Source: the human T2T-CHM13v2.0 reference genome, Homo sapiens. From it: a stretch of DNA of 64,000 bases. Location of the stretch: assembly GCF_009914755.1 (NCBI RefSeq), contig NC_060940.1, one strand, 5' to 3'. The position numbers and the translations under genes are program-made. The stretch's first letter is position 1; every line of letters starts with the position of its first letter. Positions 57,808 through 64,000 of the stretch are shown here, one piece after another. Below the pieces are notes generated by a model that saw only the letters and a list, made by a program, of their open reading frames with translations, was not told where the DNA came from and made no database searches.

Positions 57808-58473
57808 TTAGGGTTTTTCCCGGAGGTCTCAGGGAATTGGTGCTCAACCAGCCTGAGACAATGCCAACCTCCTTGAGACTTGGGGGCCCCCACAGTTCCC
57901 TCTGAGGCACCTCCAGCAGTTCTGCCTGAATCAGCTGGAAACATGTTTGGATTCCCTTGCTGGGTGAAGAGTCAGAAAACAATGCAAGGAGTTGCAGCTG
58001 TGCCATTTGCTTGGGGCTGGAAAGGGACAGGGCGTCCATGCACCCCTCCTGAACCCAAGGCGCAGCTGCCATGGGAGAGTGCCCGGAGAGGGGCTCCCCT
58101 CACCCGCTTTCTAGCACCACAGACCCCTTCCAAAGGCCTGGGGGTTTTCCTGCAAGGTGCCCAGCTCGGCCCCTTGCCTTGGTCACCCTGGGATGCAGGC
58201 GTGCACCCATCAGCACCTGACCCGCCTGACACCTGAGGAGGCCTGAGTAGTAGGGAGCCAGGGGATGGGGAGGAAGTTGAAGAGCCTGTAGAACAGGGGC
58301 TGAAAACCCAGGAGTCCCCAGCAGCTGGAGGTAGGCGGGCAGTGGGTACTGCTTGGCCACTTACAGCTGCCACAGGAGGAAAATGGGTCCAAACAGTGCA
58401 GCACTGGTGAGAAGCCAGAAGTTCAGGTCTCTATGTGAAATTTCTTGGTTTTAAATTTTGCAACTTGTTTTGA

Positions 58474-58800
<327 letters not shown>

Positions 58801-58971
58801 TAAAACGTGTGTCTTGGATATAGACCCCATTGGTCCCATGGGTAACTTTTGCCTGAGAAGGATTCCTGGTTCTTCTGATAGATTTCTGTGTCCCTCTGGA
58901 CTTGCAGGGGCAACAATACAGTTCCCCCATCCTTACAACTATGACTAATGACTGATATTTCTTGGTTTTAG

Positions 58972-59070
<99 letters not shown>

Positions 59071-59384
59071 TAGAATAGTAATAATAACGGCAACAATAGC
59101 GGCGGCTGACATTAGCAGTTTACACATATTGTCTCACTGATTGCACACAATCCCCTGCAGAGTGGGGATTATTATTCCTGCTTTGCAGATGTGGGAATCA
59201 GTGTTCAGGAAGAGGAAGAATTTCCAAGGCTATTCAGTGACAGAGCCGGGACTGGAACTCTTGACTCTGTCTTCAAAGCGTGCGCTGCATCTGTGATTAA
59301 TCGCAATGCAAACACATACCCACGCACGCATGCCAATTAAGGGTTCGAGAGTCCCCCTTCAGCTTCCGGATGAGAACTGGGGTT

Positions 59385-59464
59385 CAGTATCAAAACATCT
59401 CATGTACTCCCCAAGTATATACACCTACTATGCACCCAGAAAAATTAAAAATTAAACGATAAAA
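59385..59464 (+). mobile_element. 80-bp L1 3'-end stub in intron 10
   Basis: gtatcaaaacatctcatgtac...tatacacctactatg...aaaaattaaaaatt; TSD AGAACTGGGGTT 59373-59384 and 59465-59476. Confidence 0.75.
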
Positions 59465-59520
59465 AGAACTGGGGTTTCACAGGCAACAGGCCTCCCTGCC
59501 CACTGACAGCCTCGCGCTGA

Positions 59521-59835
<315 letters not shown>

Positions 59836-60125
59836 TGAAGGGTTTATCTGGGGATCTGTGCAGTGCTCCCCCAGAGTGAAGCAGGGACACAGAGGCCTTG
59901 CGTCCCAAATGTTCTATGTTGGGAGAGTTCGTGAGACACACTGTTTCTGTCACAGCATCCATCACCCAACTCTGATACCAATTTCTGTATCACTTAAGTT
60001 TCTTGGAAGACAAGAGTCAATGACTCTAAAATAAGAGAAAACAGATCAGTTGAAAGAATATGGGGCTGGGCACGGTGGCTCCGCCTGTAATCCCAGCACT
60101 TTGGGAGGCTGAGACGGGAGGATCA

Positions 60126-60537
<412 letters not shown>

Positions 60538-60791
60538 CTAACACAGCCCTCTTTAGATCCACTCAGTATATGGGGGTTCCAGGGAAGACATTGGAAGTAA
60601 TCTGCAGCTGGAAAAAAATATCACTGTTTGGGTATAGATTTGAACTCAAATAAGGCTGCTGGTTTTTTTCTTAGGCACATCATCATTTTCAATCAGTTCA
60701 TATTTATTGAGCACCTACTAGATGTCAAGCAAGGTGCTAGGTGCTGGGTATTCAGTGGTAAATAGAAAAGACAAGATAATGGCATCAAGTA

Positions 60792-61772
<981 letters not shown>

Positions 61773-61911
61773 GCTCTAAAAACAAAGAAAAACCGGGCGC
61801 GGTGGCTCATGCCTGTAACTGCGACACTTTGGGAGGTTGAGGCGGGCAGATCACCTGAGGTCAGGAGTTCAAGAGCAGCCTGACTAACATGGAGAAACCC
61901 CATCTCTACTA

Positions 61912-62070
<159 letters not shown>

Positions 62071-62715
62071 TCAAAAAAAAAAAAAAGAAAACAAAGAAAA
62101 GTATCTCAGAGCTTCCTTGGGGTGACTGGTGGAGACCAAGGTCAAAATCATATCACCCAAACAGAGGCTTTTTCTTAATTGTACATAACAAAGAAAGCTT
62201 TCACTTGTTAGTCTATCTAGGTGTACGGTTTGGGGTTTTTCTTTCTTTTTTTTTTTTTTTGAGACAGAGTTTCACTCTCTTGCCCAGGCTGGGGTGCAGT
62301 GGCACGATATCTCGGCTCATTGCAACTTCTACCTCCCGGGTTCAAGCGATTCTCGTGCCTCAGCCACTGGAGTAGCTGGGAGTACAGGCGTGAGCCACCA
62401 TGCCCAACTAATTTTTGTATTTTTAGTAGAGATGGGGTTTCACCATGGTAGCCAGGCTGGTCTGGAACTCCTGACCTCAGGTGATCTGCTCGCCTTAGCC
62501 TCCCAAAGTGCTAGGATTACAGGTGTGAGCCACCATGCCCAGCCTCTTTCTTTTTAACAAAGACAGGATCTTGCTGTGTTGCACAGGCTGGAGTGCAGTG
62601 GTGTGGTCATAGCTCACTGCGATCTCACAGTCCTGGTTCAAGGGGTCCTCCCACCTCAGCCTCTCAAGTAGCTGAGACTACAGGCACGCAGCCACCATGC
62701 CCAGCTAATTTCTAA

Positions 62716-62907
<192 letters not shown>

Positions 62908-63025
62908 TAGCAATAATACTGTAAGAATAGGAACAATAATAATCAATAATAATATAGTCGTGCTAATCGTAATAGTAGCAGCCACCACTTTATGTGTGCC
63001 AGACTCTGCTGTATTTTCTCTCTGT

Positions 63026-63028
<3 letters not shown>

Positions 63029-63068
<40 letters not shown>
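63029..63068 (+). repeat. (TG)20
   Basis: Counted directly. Confidence 0.95.
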
Positions 63069-63073
<5 letters not shown>

Positions 63074-63393
63074 TCTCACCTTTATTTCTCTCAATATACC
63101 CGTGATGTAGCTATTTCCCACATAACAAGGTTAAGTGACAGGTGCATGTTCCATGTAAAACAGAGGCAGAACCACAGCTAAAACATCTGGCCCAGCAATC
63201 AACTCATAGTGCTATATTTTCTCATTCAGTCCTCTCCACGACCCTGGAAGGTGGATTCTGTCAGTGTGCCCATACAACACATCAGGAAAGTGAGGCTTCT
63301 GAAGCTAAATTACTTGCCCCAATTTATTAGTTTGTATCCACCCAGGTGCTAGCACCGATTTCAAGTAGGATACATTCCCATCCACACACATAG

Positions 63394-63729
<336 letters not shown>

Positions 63730-63866
63730 TGAGTTCCCCGAGTAACGGGCCAGCAGCACCTCTGCCTTGGAGCTTCTGTCAATCTCCAGACTTGCAGAGG
63801 CTGTCTGTCAGCATCAGGGGTGGAGAAGTTGGGGTTGGTGAAAGAATGGGGATTCTTCCCTAAAAC

Positions 63867-63870
<4 letters not shown>

Positions 63871-63916
<46 letters not shown>
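63871..63916 (+). repeat. (CA)23
   Basis: Counted directly. Confidence 0.95.
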
Positions 63917-63925
<9 letters not shown>

Positions 63926-64000
63926 TTTTTTTTTTGAGACAGAGTCTCACTCTGTTACCCAGGCTGGAGTGCAGTGGTGCAATCTCAGCTCACTGCAACC

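Overview
Human (hominid) genomic DNA covering the middle of ABAT (4-aminobutyrate aminotransferase/GABA transaminase), + strand. Eleven coding exons (conventional exons 2-12, codons 1-318, c.1-954) were reconstructed base by base. All have GT-AG boundaries and they translate to [21 protein letters not shown]...[10 protein letters not shown]. The remaining 3' exons lie beyond the window. Two candidate alternative non-coding first exons (donors after 4574 and 11642) each have RFX X-box motifs upstream. The introns are very repeat-rich: about 65 Alu copies or fragments by manual count, one antisense SVA, THE1/MST/MLT1 LTRs, L1 fragments, MER33/MER20/MER5A/MADE elements and microsatellites. Nearly all ORFs in the supplied track are repeat-derived noise. 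I see no new protein-coding system. The most promising unexplained structures are: (i) a putative retroposed 3'UTR in intron 3 that could supply a cryptic terminal exon; (ii) a ~370-bp non-retrotranspositional direct duplication bracketing in-frame exons 7-8; (iii) an Alu containing an inverted copy of its own left part next to exon 3; (iv) complementary (TG)20/(CA)23 tracts bracketing in-frame exon 12; (v) X-box-marked alternative promoters whose leaders carry uORFs. Repeat family names come from recalled consensus sequences, and repeat coordinates are approximate unless TSDs are given.
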